Counted from the first letter of the stretch, positions 48,647 through 60,197 are shown. The stretch is 64,000 nt of DNA from Deltaproteobacteria bacterium (GCA_018399135.1 JAGYPB010000001.1:21440-85439); one strand, 5' to 3'. Notes: a model not told the origin generated them from the letters alone. Translations and numbers: made by a program.

Positions 48647-50023
48647 ATGATGGGTGGTCAAGCTAAAATACTGGTTGTTGATGATGAGCTGTTCTTTCGT
48701 CATCTCTACCGTGATCTCCTTGAAGATGCCGGCTACACTGTAGTGGTCTGTACTAATGGTGATGAAGCGGTCAGGCTGCTGGAGTCAGAACCTTTTGATC
48801 TGGTCTTGAGCGACGTCGTTATGCCCGGCCGCAGTGGTATCGATGTATTACGTTTTGCCAAAGGGTTGCCTTCACCGCCCGAAGTGGTGATGGTGACCGG
48901 TTATGCCAGCCTGGATTCAGCTATAGAATCACTCAAAAACGGAGCCCGTGATTATCTGGTGAAGCCCTTTAATCCGGAGGAACTCAAGCATCTGATAACA
49001 ACCTGCCTGGAACAGCGCCGTTTACTTGCTGAAAACGCACATCTTAAACGTCAGATAAACCTGTTCCAGACCGGTCAAACCCTCTCCTCCCTTATTGATC
49101 TGGAATGTCTTATTCCTCAATCCCTTGAAGCCCTGATGCGCAAGTTGGGTTCGGAATCCGGATTTTCATTTACCCTGGCCGAAGACAAGGCAGCCTATCT
49201 GACCGGCCTGAAAAAGATTCATGCTGATCATGCGGAGCAGTTGATTGAACTGCTTCTGCCTGAATTATACCAGGCCGTAGGAGTCGTGCAGCCGTCAAAT
49301 CAGTGTGATGCGGGATTGCGTAGTTTGAACAAGATACGGGAACAGATCTGGATGCTGCCGTTACGCGATGGTGATCTATTAAAAGGTGGCATTCTAATCA
49401 GCGATGCAGATTGTCTTGATGCGGATTTTTCTCTGGCTGATTTGCGTTACCTGTGCGATCAGATTGCCCTTGGTTTTGCCAACGCCTCGCGTTATCGCAA
49501 TGCCCAGCAGCTGATGTATTCCGATGATCTTACTGGTCTTTACAACCATCGCTATATGAAAATTGCTCTCAATCAGGAGATGATGCGTTCGCAGCGATAT
49601 GGTTTGAAGTTTTCCGTGTTGTTCATGGATCTGGATCGTTTCAAGGAAATCAACGATCAGCATGGACACCTTGCGGGCAGTGCAGCTCTGCAGGAGGTTG
49701 GACGTTTGATGCGCGGGTGTGTGCGCGATGTCGATACCCTTTTCCGTTTTGGCGGCGATGAGTTTGCCGGTCTTTTGGTTGAGACAGATCGCCACGCAGC
49801 ACGGGTTGTTGCCGAGCGTATTCGTGCGTTGATAGAAAAGCACATTTTTCTAAAAGACGACAATACACCGTCACAGGTAACGGTTTCTATTGGTATTGCG
49901 ACTTTTCCCGATGATGCCACCAACCAGGAACGCCTTCTTGACCTCGCTGATCAGGCCATGTACGCCGGCAAGGAATCGCGTAACAGTATATGCAGTGCCG
50001 TTGATTTGACGGATCCGCATTAA
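48647..50023 (+). CDS. REC-GGDEF Hypr enzyme, GacA-like 3',3'-cGAMP synthase
   Basis: Intact REC; GGDEF with DLDRFKEINDQHGHLAGS (Ser345 in place of the canonical Asp); I-site RDVD; lies between comEC and hisS. Confidence 0.85.
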   Translation: MMGGQAKILVVDDELFFRHLYRDLLEDAGYTVVVCTNGDEAVRLLESEPFDLVLSDVVMPGRSGIDVLRFAKGLPSPPEVVMVTGYASLDSAIESLKNGARDYLVKPFNPEELKHLITTCLEQRRLLAENAHLKRQINLFQTGQTLSSLIDLECLIPQSLEALMRKLGSESGFSFTLAEDKAAYLTGLKKIHADHAEQLIELLLPELYQAVGVVQPSNQCDAGLRSLNKIREQIWMLPLRDGDLLKGGILISDADCLDADFSLADLRYLCDQIALGFANASRYRNAQQLMYSDDLTGLYNHRYMKIALNQEMMRSQRYGLKFSVLFMDLDRFKEINDQHGHLAGSAALQEVGRLMRGCVRDVDTLFRFGGDEFAGLLVETDRHAARVVAERIRALIEKHIFLKDDNTPSQVTVSIGIATFPDDATNQERLLDLADQAMYAGKESRNSICSAVDLTDPH

Positions 50024-50234
50024 TGATAATTTCGCTGTTCCTGGCAGGTCCTTGCTGTTCCCCCTTCTTTGATTTATAACATCGGCGAGTCTCAATATAT
50101 AATGCCATCTGCAGGTTGTCAGGCCTTGTATTGATTTCCCTTCAGTTGATAATGAAAGGGACCATGGTCAGTGTTCGTCCTGACTGGCGGCTGTTCGTCT
50201 GCTGGTAATAAACTGAGTATGAAAGGATAAAGCG

Positions 50235-51485
50235 TTGAGTATTTCAGGAATCAAGGGAATGAATGATGTGTTGCCGGATGTGGTAAATGTCTGGCAGTTT
50301 CTTGAACAGGCCGCCCGCGAAGTATTTGCTGTCTATGGGTTTACTGAAATCAGAACACCGGTGTTGGAAAAAACCGAACTTTTTTGTCGTTCAATTGGTG
50401 AAACGACTGATATTGTTGAAAAAGAAATGTACACCTTTGCCGATAAGAGCGGTCATTCCATGACCCTGCGTCCCGAGGGGACGGCCCCGGTGATGCGCTC
50501 TTTTATTCAGAATCGTCTGGCTGCCCGGGATCCGGTTACCAAACTTTGTTATATCGGCCCCATGTTCCGCTATGAGCGTCCGCAAAAAGGGCGTTACCGT
50601 CAATTTCATCAGATTGGTGCCGAGGCGATCGGGGTGGAAGATCCCAGGATTGATGCCCAGATTCTGCTGATGCTCCATCATTTTTTCACCCGTATCGGGA
50701 TCAGTGCTGTTTCCCTCGAGATTAATTCCCTCGGCTGCCCGGTCTGTCGCCCCGATTATCGGGGGCAGTTGATCCAGTATCTTGAAGAATTACTGGAACC
50801 GCTTTGCGCTGAATGTCAGCGGCGCTATCAGACCAACCCTCTGCGGGTTCTTGATTGCAAGGTTGAAGCTTGCCGGCTGGCTACGGCAGATGCTCCAGCT
50901 ATGATTGACCACCTTTGCGGTGATTGTGATCAACACTTCAGTCAGGTGCGGCACTATCTTGATCTGCTCAATGTGCCTTACGTTGTTAATGCGCGGATGG
51001 TGCGTGGTCTGGATTATTACGTACGTACGACTTTCGAATTGGTGACTGACCAGCTTGGTTCCCAAAATGCGGTGGCCGCAGGTGGCCGCTATGACGGGCT
51101 GATCGAAAGTCTTGGCGGGCCGGCACTTCCTGGTATCGGTTTTGCTATCGGGTTGGAGCGCCTGGTGTTAATGCTGGACAAGGATGCCGATCGTACTCTG
51201 TTGCCGGAGCTGTTTATTGCCGCTCTGGGATCCGAGGCGGTTGAGAAGGCGTTTGTTCTGATGTCGAAATTACAGGCGCAAGGGGTGCACGCGGAAATGG
51301 ATTTCCACGGTAAAAGTCTGAAAGCGCAGATGCGCCGTGCGGATAAGCTCGGGGCGGTACATACCCTGATTATTGGCGACGAGGAATTGCGCAGCGGACA
51401 GGCTCAGCTCAAAAAGATGGCAGACGGTTCACAGGTAAGTGTCCATCTTGATTCGCTGTTGAAGACACTGAGGCCGAAAATCTGA
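50235..51485 (+). CDS. hisS: Histidine--tRNA ligase
   Basis: LRPEGTA, FRYERPQKGRYRQFHQ, RGLDYY, GGRYDG. Confidence 0.97.
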   Translation: MSISGIKGMNDVLPDVVNVWQFLEQAAREVFAVYGFTEIRTPVLEKTELFCRSIGETTDIVEKEMYTFADKSGHSMTLRPEGTAPVMRSFIQNRLAARDPVTKLCYIGPMFRYERPQKGRYRQFHQIGAEAIGVEDPRIDAQILLMLHHFFTRIGISAVSLEINSLGCPVCRPDYRGQLIQYLEELLEPLCAECQRRYQTNPLRVLDCKVEACRLATADAPAMIDHLCGDCDQHFSQVRHYLDLLNVPYVVNARMVRGLDYYVRTTFELVTDQLGSQNAVAAGGRYDGLIESLGGPALPGIGFAIGLERLVLMLDKDADRTLLPELFIAALGSEAVEKAFVLMSKLQAQGVHAEMDFHGKSLKAQMRRADKLGAVHTLIIGDEELRSGQAQLKKMADGSQVSVHLDSLLKTLRPKI

Positions 51486-51590
51486 CGGCATACAGTTCTA
51501 TTGCTTGACCGACAGTCATTAGGGTTCATATAATGGCTCGTTTACCAATCACTATTCTGGCGCCGTCTGGCGCATTTGTCTGGAGGAACC

Positions 51591-53381
51591 GTGCAAAACG
51601 ATAAACTGGGAAGCTGGAAACGGACACATCGATGTGGCGAACCGACAGCAGCACTGATCGGGCAGGAAATCTGTGTTATGGGATGGGTGCAAAAACGTCG
51701 TGACCATGGCGGCCTGATTTTTATTGATCTGCGCGACCGTGAAGGAATTGTCCAGCTGGCCCTCGACCCTGATCGTGATGCCGCTTCTCACCAGAAAGCT
51801 GAGCAGGTGCGCACCGAATATGTTGTCGCAGCCCGGGGGAAGGTTTCTGCGCGCCCGGAAGGCACTGTCAACCCGCGCATGAAGACCGGTGAAATCGAGA
51901 TTGAGGTGTCAGAATTGCTGATTCTTAACCGTTCAGAAACCCCGCCATTCATGATCGATGAATACACCGAAGTGGCAGAAAATATCCGTTTGAAGTATCG
52001 TTATCTTGACTTGCGGCGGCCTGCTTTGCAGCGCAATCTGATGATGCGTCATCTGGTTGCACGAACCGTTAGAAAATACCTTGATGGTCAGGGCTTTCTT
52101 GAAGTGGAAACGCCGGTATTGACCAAAAGCACGCCGGAAGGAGCCCGTGATTATCTGGTTCCAAGTCGTGTCAATGTCGGCAACTTTTATGCTCTGCCGC
52201 AATCCCCCCAGTTGTTCAAGCAGTTACTCATGGTCTCCGGTTTTGATCGTTATTTCCAGATCGTCAAATGCTTTCGTGATGAAGATCTACGCGCCGATCG
52301 CCAGCCGGAATTTACTCAGATTGACTGTGAAATGAGTTTTGTTAAAAGCGATGATGTGATTGCTACCATGGAGGGGCTGATCGCATCAATTTTCAAGGAC
52401 GCCATCGGTCTCGAGGTTAAGCTGCCAATGGAGCGCCTTACTTACGCTGAAGCTTTGCGGCGTTTTGGTGTTGATAACCCCGATCTGCGGTTTGGTCTTG
52501 AGCTGGTCGATCTGACCGCGCTGGTTAAACATTCACAGTTTAATGTGTTTGCGGAAGCAGCGGCTTCCGGCGGACTGGTCAAGGCTATTAATGTGAAAGA
52601 TGGAGCTGACTTCTCACGCAAGGATCTCGACGGCTTTACCGATTTTGTCAAGATATACGGTGCCAAAGGGCTGGCCTGGGTTAAGGTCACTGAAGAAGGG
52701 TGGCAGTCTCCTGTTGCCAAGTTTTTCACCGTCGAAGAGTTGGCTGGACTCAATCAGGAACTGTCTGCCGAGGTTGGTGATCTGCTGCTTTTTGTTGCCG
52801 ATACAGCAGGGGTTGCCAATGAGGCCCTGGGGCGTTTGAGAGGACATCTTGGGCAACGCCTGGGGCTGGCGAACAAGGATGACTACCGCTTTGTCTGGGT
52901 GACCGATTTCCCGTTGCTCGAATGGGACGCCGAAGCCAAGCGTCATGTTGCCGTCCATCACCCCTTTACCTCTCCCCTTGAGGAAGATATTCCTTTGCTT
53001 GACAGCGATCCGGGGAAGGCGCGTGCCCAAGCCTACGATCTGGTATTGAATGGTTCGGAAGTTGGCGGTGGCAGTGTCCGGATCCATGACCAGGCGGTGC
53101 AGTCACGTCTGTTCGAGCTTCTTGGTATCGGTGAAGAGGAAGCACAATTAAAATTTGGTTTCCTGCTTGATGCCTTGAGCTATGGTGCGCCACCCCATGG
53201 CGGTATCGCTTTTGGTCTGGATCGGCTGATGATGATTCTTACCGCTGCCGATTCGATTCGTGATGTGATCGCTTTTCCGAAAACCCAGAAAGCAACCTGT
53301 ATGCTGTCGGATGCCCCTAATGCAGTCGATGAAAAACAGTTACAGGAACTGGGTATCAGGTTGCGAAAAAAACAAGAATAG
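51591..53381 (+). CDS. aspS: Aspartate--tRNA ligase (probably non-discriminating)
   Basis: [35 protein letters not shown]; GTG start after GGAGG. Confidence 0.97.
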   Translation: MQNDKLGSWKRTHRCGEPTAALIGQEICVMGWVQKRRDHGGLIFIDLRDREGIVQLALDPDRDAASHQKAEQVRTEYVVAARGKVSARPEGTVNPRMKTGEIEIEVSELLILNRSETPPFMIDEYTEVAENIRLKYRYLDLRRPALQRNLMMRHLVARTVRKYLDGQGFLEVETPVLTKSTPEGARDYLVPSRVNVGNFYALPQSPQLFKQLLMVSGFDRYFQIVKCFRDEDLRADRQPEFTQIDCEMSFVKSDDVIATMEGLIASIFKDAIGLEVKLPMERLTYAEALRRFGVDNPDLRFGLELVDLTALVKHSQFNVFAEAAASGGLVKAINVKDGADFSRKDLDGFTDFVKIYGAKGLAWVKVTEEGWQSPVAKFFTVEELAGLNQELSAEVGDLLLFVADTAGVANEALGRLRGHLGQRLGLANKDDYRFVWVTDFPLLEWDAEAKRHVAVHHPFTSPLEEDIPLLDSDPGKARAQAYDLVLNGSEVGGGSVRIHDQAVQSRLFELLGIGEEEAQLKFGFLLDALSYGAPPHGGIAFGLDRLMMILTAADSIRDVIAFPKTQKATCMLSDAPNAVDEKQLQELGIRLRKKQE

Positions 53382-53403
53382 TAATCACTTAAAAAGATGT
53401 TCA

Positions 53404-54150
53404 ATGATTATTAGATTTTTATTTATTTTAGCGGTCACAGTTCTGGCTGGATGTGCCAAGCCCCCGGTTGCAGAATTTGAAACCGCGCGCTACCTGGTTC
53501 ACCACGCTGCTGAGGTGGGCGCCGCTGACTGGGCGCCGGGGGAGTATCAGTTAGCACGGGATGCACTGAATACAGCCGAACAGCAGATGGAGAGGCAGCA
53601 GTATCGTGCTGCCGCGCGAACCATCAGTCTGGCTCAGCGCTACGCTGAAGTTGCACGTGATGAATCGGAACAGGCTGTTGCGCGGCAGGCAGAGCTGGAA
53701 CGTCAGCGCGCAGACAAGGCCCGTCGACAGGAGGAGCAGCTCCAGCTCCAGCTCCAGCTCCAGCAAGAACTTGCTGAGCAGCAGGCGGCGCAGCGACAAC
53801 GTGAACTTGAAGATCGTCGTCGACAGGAGGCTCAGCAGGCTGCAGTGCGTGCAGCAGATGCGGCAATAGCAGATGCGGCAAAAGCATCACCACCCGCCCT
53901 GCCCCCGGTCGAACCCGTCAAGGTAGAGCGTTATGAAGTCATGGCAGGGCAGAATCTGGCCGAGATTGCAGCTTTACCCGACGTGTATGGTGATGGGTTG
54001 CTATGGCCGCTGATCTACCGCGCTAACCGTGATCAGATTAAAACCCCTCGAGAGATTGCCCCGGGGCAGGTGTTGGATATTCCCCGCGACAAAACCAGTG
54101 AAGACCTTGAAGCGGCGCGTAAAGAAGCCCTTGAGTTAAATCTGTTCTGA
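53404..54150 (+). CDS. Lipoprotein with DUF4398-like helices and C-terminal LysM-like domain
   Basis: Lipobox LAGC; coiled coil; YEV..GQNL.EIA...YGD..LWP.IY.AN..I.PGQ.L.IP. Confidence 0.82.
   Translation: MIIRFLFILAVTVLAGCAKPPVAEFETARYLVHHAAEVGAADWAPGEYQLARDALNTAEQQMERQQYRAAARTISLAQRYAEVARDESEQAVARQAELERQRADKARRQEEQLQLQLQLQQELAEQQAAQRQRELEDRRRQEAQQAAVRAADAAIADAAKASPPALPPVEPVKVERYEVMAGQNLAEIAALPDVYGDGLLWPLIYRANRDQIKTPREIAPGQVLDIPRDKTSEDLEAARKEALELNLF
53737..53764 (+). repeat. Hexanucleotide tandem repeat (CAGCTC)x4 plus CAGC, encoding QLQLQLQLQ
   Basis: Read directly from the sequence. Confidence 0.85.
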
Positions 54151-54280
54151 TTTTTCTTGTGGCGTTCCATCCTCTATAGCGTTGCCTGAAGTTTTTTTAT
54201 GCGACTGTGTGTGGGTAGCGCAATAGCGATAACCCGCCCTATAACGGAGAGATTTAATCGCCGGTTGTCCCGGATGCCCC

Positions 54281-54315
54281 TTGACATGCCACCCTCGTTT
54301 GTATACTGTATACAA
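54281..54315 (+). promoter_or_regulatory. icd promoter (-35 TTGACA) with palindromic operator over the -10 region
   Basis: TTGACA at 54281; perfect inverted repeat TTGTATAC-T-GTATACAA at 54299-54315. Confidence 0.75.
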
Positions 54316-54399
54316 CGCTTTCCCATGCGGGATTCTCAGTTTATAACTTCGTTATAGGCTGATTTGTTTTGACACTACATTAATCAAGGAGAGAGACGA

Positions 54400-56625
54400 A
54401 TGGCAGCAACGATTATCTGGTCTGAAATTGATGAAGCCCCGGCTTTGGCCACCTACGCCTTTTTGCCCGTTGTTCAGGCCTTTGCCAAGGGCTGTGACAT
54501 TGAGGTAGAAACCCGTGATATTTCCCTGTCAGGTCGCGTATTGACCCTTTTTCCGGAGCGCCTGACGGAAAAACAACGAGTAGCTGACCATCTGGCAGAA
54601 CTGGGCGATCTGGTGAAGACCCCTGAAGCAAACGTTATTAAGTTGCCGAATATCAGTGCCTCGATTCCTCAGCTACAAGCCTGCATTAAAGAGCTTCAGC
54701 AACAGGGTTATGATATCCCCAGCTACCCGGAAGAAGCAAAAAACGATGAGGATCGCAAGTTGCAGGAACGCTTTTCCAAAGTGCTTGGGTCCGCGGTAAA
54801 TCCGGTTCTTCGTGAAGGCAACTCGGATCGTCGCGCAGCCGCCTCGGTTAAAAAGTTTGCCCAGAAAAATCCCCACAGGATGATGCAGCCCTGGCCGGCG
54901 GCTGGAGAGTCCAAGTGCCGCGTTGCTTTCATGGATAGTGGTGATTTCTACGAATCAGAGAAATCAGTGACTATGGCTGCCGCCGATACTGTCAAGATTC
55001 AGTTTGTTGATGAGGGTGGCAATACCAAGGTGCTTAAAGAGGTCAAGCTGCAGGCCGGCGAGGTTTTTGACAGCTCAACCATGAACGTACGCAAGCTGCG
55101 TGAGTTCTATGCTGCCACTGCAGCCGAGGCTAAAGAAAAAGGTGTGCTGTTGTCGCTGCATCTCAAAGCCACCATGATGAAAATTTCCGATCCGATTCTC
55201 TTTGGCCACTGTGTTTCGGTATATTTCAAGGATGCCCTTGATAAACATGCTGCAACCCTGAAAGAGATCGGTGCCAGCCCCAATTATGGTATGGGCGATA
55301 TCCTTTCCAAACTGGACAAGCTGCCGGCTGAGAAAAAGACTGAAATCGAAGCCGATATCAGTAAGTGTTATGAAAGCGGCCCGGCTTTGGCCATGGTTGA
55401 TTCTCGCAAAAACATAACCAATCTGCATGTTCCTAACGACGTTATTGTCGATGCCTCCATGCCTAACGTGGTGCGTGATGGTGGCAAGATGTGGAACCTG
55501 CAGGATCAGTTGCAAGATACCATCGCCATGGTTCCTGACCGTTGCTACGCCACCATGTACGCTGAGATTGTCGATAACGCTCGTGACAATGGTCAGTTTG
55601 ATCCTTCGACCATGGGTAGCGTTGCCAACGTTGGTCTGATGGCGCAGAAAGCAGAAGAATACGGTTCTCATGATAAAACTTTCGAGGCCCCGAGTAATGG
55701 AGCTTTCCAGGTTGTTAATTCTGCCGGTCAGGTGCTGATGGAGCAGAAGGTAGAAAAGTCTGATGTCTATCGTTCCAGCCAGACCAAAGACATTGCCATT
55801 AAAGATTGGGTGCGTCTTGCCGTTGAGCGTAGTCGTGAGTCAGGTGAACCGGTTATCTTCTGGCTTGATGAAAAACGTGGTCATGACCAGCAGATCATTG
55901 CCAAGGTCAACAAATATCTGCCCGACCATGATACCGCCGGACTCGAGATCAAGGTGATGGCTCCGCGTGACGCCATGAAGTTTTCGCTGGAGCGGATCCG
56001 CAAAGGGCTTAATACCATTTCGGCAACTGGAAATGTCCTGCGGGATTACCTGACTGACCTGTTCCCGATTCTGGAACTGGGAACCAGTGCACGGATGCTG
56101 TCCATTGTGCCGTTGCTCGCTGGTGGGGGTCTGTTTGAGACTGGAGCCGGTGGTTCTGCTCCCAAACACGTACAGCAGTTCCTCAAGGAAGGCCACACCC
56201 GTTGGGATTCCCTGGGCGAGTATTGTGCTCTGGTGCCATCGCTGGAGCTGGTCGCAAAAAATTACACCAACAGCAAGGCCAAAGTGCTGGCCGAAACCCT
56301 CGACACCGCTATTGGTACCTACCTTGAAAACCAGAAACTGCCGTCACGTAAAGTTAATGAGCTGGATAACCGCGGCAGCACTTTCTATCTGACCCTGTAT
56401 TGGGCACAGGCTCTTGCTGCACAGGATCAGGATCAGGATCTCAAGAGCCGTTTTGCTCCGATTGCCAAAGAAATGACTGACAATGCTGACAAGATCGATG
56501 CTGAGCTGATTGAAGCTCAGGGTAAGCCGGTTGATATTGGTGGTTATTTCCGTCCGGATCCGGTCAAAGCTGAGAAGGAAATGCGTCCGAGTGCAACCTT
56601 GAATGCTATTATCGACAAGATGTAG
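54400..56625 (+). CDS. icd: Monomeric NADP-dependent isocitrate dehydrogenase
   Basis: 741 aa; DEAPALAT, LREGNSDRR, SLHLKATMMK, FETGAGGSAPKHVQQ. Confidence 0.97.
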   Translation: MAATIIWSEIDEAPALATYAFLPVVQAFAKGCDIEVETRDISLSGRVLTLFPERLTEKQRVADHLAELGDLVKTPEANVIKLPNISASIPQLQACIKELQQQGYDIPSYPEEAKNDEDRKLQERFSKVLGSAVNPVLREGNSDRRAAASVKKFAQKNPHRMMQPWPAAGESKCRVAFMDSGDFYESEKSVTMAAADTVKIQFVDEGGNTKVLKEVKLQAGEVFDSSTMNVRKLREFYAATAAEAKEKGVLLSLHLKATMMKISDPILFGHCVSVYFKDALDKHAATLKEIGASPNYGMGDILSKLDKLPAEKKTEIEADISKCYESGPALAMVDSRKNITNLHVPNDVIVDASMPNVVRDGGKMWNLQDQLQDTIAMVPDRCYATMYAEIVDNARDNGQFDPSTMGSVANVGLMAQKAEEYGSHDKTFEAPSNGAFQVVNSAGQVLMEQKVEKSDVYRSSQTKDIAIKDWVRLAVERSRESGEPVIFWLDEKRGHDQQIIAKVNKYLPDHDTAGLEIKVMAPRDAMKFSLERIRKGLNTISATGNVLRDYLTDLFPILELGTSARMLSIVPLLAGGGLFETGAGGSAPKHVQQFLKEGHTRWDSLGEYCALVPSLELVAKNYTNSKAKVLAETLDTAIGTYLENQKLPSRKVNELDNRGSTFYLTLYWAQALAAQDQDQDLKSRFAPIAKEMTDNADKIDAELIEAQGKPVDIGGYFRPDPVKAEKEMRPSATLNAIIDKM

Positions 56626-56638
56626 TTACCCTCAATAA

Positions 56639-57667
<1,029 letters not shown>

Positions 57668-57689
57668 TCGGATTGCTTTTTCTTCTTGT

Positions 57690-57722
57690 GGAAGGGCAGT
57701 CGTACGGCTGCCCTTCTGCTTT
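57690..57722 (+). terminator. Hairpin terminator after mdh
   Basis: GAAGGGCAGTCG-ta-CGGCTGCCCTTC with a short T tail. Confidence 0.6.
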
Positions 57723-58026
57723 AGACTCCCCTCTGACAATTGAATAAGGATGGTGCAGAGGTGCCGCAAGCAGGGTAAGAAAACCACGGGCATAGTAAAA
57801 GTTGCCGGTAAACACCTGTTTGTCGTGTTTTTTATTATTGGAAACAATTTTATTCGATTTCCAGAGTAGAGCCTAAACCGTTGCTTTTATAAAGGAAAGC
57901 ATCAACATACAGGGTGCTTAAAGGTATGGATGTTTTTGCTGGCGTAGAGTCGCCGCTTATGTTAGCATTCCGCCGCTTTGAAAAGCTGTTTGTCGACAGT
58001 CACTATATTAAAGGAGAAAAACGTTC

Positions 58027-58221
58027 ATGAGCGCGAAAGCGGAAATTGAAATCATCGAAGCCTATTGTAAGGGGTGCAGCATCTGCGTAGAGTTTTGCCC
58101 TACAAAGGTCCTGGAGATGGATGCATTTGTTGTCAAGGTCGCTAACGCTGATGCCTGCATTGCATGTAATCAGTGTGAGTTGCGTTGCCCTGACTTCGCC
58201 ATTAAAGTTCACAAGCTGTAA
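58027..58221 (+). CDS. korD: 2-oxoglutarate:ferredoxin oxidoreductase ferredoxin (delta) subunit
   Basis: Two CxxCxxCxxxCP motifs; first gene of kor cluster. Confidence 0.88.
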   Translation: MSAKAEIEIIEAYCKGCSICVEFCPTKVLEMDAFVVKVANADACIACNQCELRCPDFAIKVHKL

Positions 58222-58241
58222 TAGCTAGAGGAGGTCGGTTC

Positions 58242-59381
58242 GTGGCAAAGAAAATTGCACTTTTGCAGGGGAATGAGGCTTGCGCCCATGGCGCTCTTTA
58301 TGCCGGATGTAATTTCTTCGGCGGTTACCCAATTACACCCTCCACCGAAGTTGCCGAAGTCATGTCAGGCGAGCTTCCCAAGGTCGGTGGCAAGTTTATT
58401 CAAATGGAAGACGAAATCGGCGCTATGGCATCGATTATCGGCGCTTCCCTCGCTGGTTCAAAAGCGTTGACCGCAACCTCAGGTCCCGGTGTTTCTCTGA
58501 AGCAGGAATTGATCGGTTATGCCTGTATCGCTGAAGTTCCCTGCGTTATCATCAACGTGATGCGTGGTGGCCCTTCAACCGGTATGCCGACCGGTCCGGG
58601 TCAATCAGATGTGATGCAGGCCCGTTGGGGAACCCATGGTGATCATGCTGCCATCGCCCTTTGTCCTTCTTCCTGTCAGGAAATTTTCTCTGAAACAGTG
58701 CGTGCTTTTAACCTGGCGGAAAAATATCGCATGCCGGTGCAGGTTCTGTTTGATGAGATCGTTGGTCACATGCGTGAGCGGATTGTCTTTCCTGAGCCTG
58801 GCGAACTCGAGGTAATTGATCGTACGGCTCCATCGGTTCCACCAGAACAATACAAGCCGTTTGATACCTCCTTTGGTGATGTTCCGCCACTGGCAGCTTT
58901 TGGCTCTGACTACCGTTTCCATGTAACCGGATTGAACAAGGCCGAGGATGGGTTCCCGACCACCAAAGCCGAACTGGTAGACGCAGAAGAACGTCGCCAG
59001 ATCCGTAAAGTGGAAGGTGCGGAGGCACGGGCTGATATTGAGCTGAACGAGGAGTATATGACAGAAGACGCCGAAGTGGTTATTTTCGCTTACGGCTCGA
59101 CCGCTCGTTCTGCCCGTTATGCGGTGAATGAACTGCGTGAGCAGGGTATTAAAGCTGGTTTGTTCCGTCCTATCACTCTCTGGCCTTTCCCGGAAAAGCG
59201 AGTTGCTGAACTGGGTGAGCAGGTCAAGGCGATGGTCGTTGCTGAAATGAACCTCGGTCAAATGGTTTTCGAGGTTGAGCGGATTGTCAAAAATACATGC
59301 AAATTAGGTCTGGTCACGCGCGTCGACGGTGATCCCCTCACCCCGACCCAAATTATTGACCAGGTTAAGGAGGTTCTTTAA
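58242..59381 (+). CDS. korA: 2-oxoglutarate:ferredoxin oxidoreductase alpha subunit
   Basis: YPITP, QMEDE, ATSGPG, RGGPSTG.PT. Confidence 0.92.
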   Translation: MAKKIALLQGNEACAHGALYAGCNFFGGYPITPSTEVAEVMSGELPKVGGKFIQMEDEIGAMASIIGASLAGSKALTATSGPGVSLKQELIGYACIAEVPCVIINVMRGGPSTGMPTGPGQSDVMQARWGTHGDHAAIALCPSSCQEIFSETVRAFNLAEKYRMPVQVLFDEIVGHMRERIVFPEPGELEVIDRTAPSVPPEQYKPFDTSFGDVPPLAAFGSDYRFHVTGLNKAEDGFPTTKAELVDAEERRQIRKVEGAEARADIELNEEYMTEDAEVVIFAYGSTARSARYAVNELREQGIKAGLFRPITLWPFPEKRVAELGEQVKAMVVAEMNLGQMVFEVERIVKNTCKLGLVTRVDGDPLTPTQIIDQVKEVL

Positions 59382-60197
59382 ATGGCTTACGATTACGAAA
59401 AATCAATCCGCCCAGGTAAGCTGCCTCATATCTGGTGTCCCGGTTGTGGTCATGGCATTGTCATGAAAGGTCTGATCCGGGCCATGGATACCTGCGGCCT
59501 GGAAAAAAACAATACAGCGATTGTTTCCGGTATTGGCTGTGCCAGCCGGATGCCTGGTTATCTGGATTTTAACACCCTGCATACTGCTCATGGTCGTGCA
59601 GCTGCTTTTGCGACCGGCGTCAAGATGGCAAAGCCTGAGATGACCGTTATTTGCTGTGGTGGCGACGGCGACGGTGCCGCGATTGGTGGTAACCACTTTA
59701 TTCATGCCTGTCGGCGTAATATCGACATGACCTATGTGCTGCTGAATAACTATATCTACGGCATGACGGGTGGTCAGTTCTCTTCGTCGACCCCCCCCGG
59801 TCACCTGGCGTCAACCACTCCTTATGGCAACCCTGATCCAGCATTTGATCTGGCAAAATTGGCGATCGGTGCCGGTGCGACTTTTGTTGCCCGTACCACT
59901 GCTTTCCATGCCACACAGATCGACAAATTGATTGTTGAAGGGATCAAACACAAGGGCATGGCAGTTATCGAAATCCTCGACGACTGTCCGACAACTTACG
60001 GTCGTCGTAATAAGTTCCGCAGTGTTGTGGATATGATGAAGCGTCTTAAGGATATCGCCGTTCCGGTGACCGCAGCCGCAAAGATGACTCCTGAACAACT
60101 GGAAGGCAAGACATTGACCGGCGTACTGCACAAGGAAGACCGTCCGGAATACTGCGAAAACTACGCAAAAATTATTGCGCGTGTACAAGGCGCCTGA
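59382..60197 (+). CDS. korB: 2-oxoglutarate:ferredoxin oxidoreductase beta subunit
   Basis: WCPGCG, SGIGC, GDGD, NNYIYGMTGGQ. Confidence 0.92.
   Translation: MAYDYEKSIRPGKLPHIWCPGCGHGIVMKGLIRAMDTCGLEKNNTAIVSGIGCASRMPGYLDFNTLHTAHGRAAAFATGVKMAKPEMTVICCGGDGDGAAIGGNHFIHACRRNIDMTYVLLNNYIYGMTGGQFSSSTPPGHLASTTPYGNPDPAFDLAKLAIGAGATFVARTTAFHATQIDKLIVEGIKHKGMAVIEILDDCPTTYGRRNKFRSVVDMMKRLKDIAVPVTAAAKMTPEQLEGKTLTGVLHKEDRPEYCENYAKIIARVQGA

Noticed and set aside
54342-54356. TATAACTTCGTTATA resembling a loxP arm
   Set aside because: Imperfect single arm with no second arm or recombinase; just a small hairpin in the icd leader
57760-57808. GEMM-like words (AAAACCACGGG...GTTGCCG) upstream of korD
   Set aside because: Lacks the GCAAAC/GACGC core and a pairable P3; not a credible aptamer
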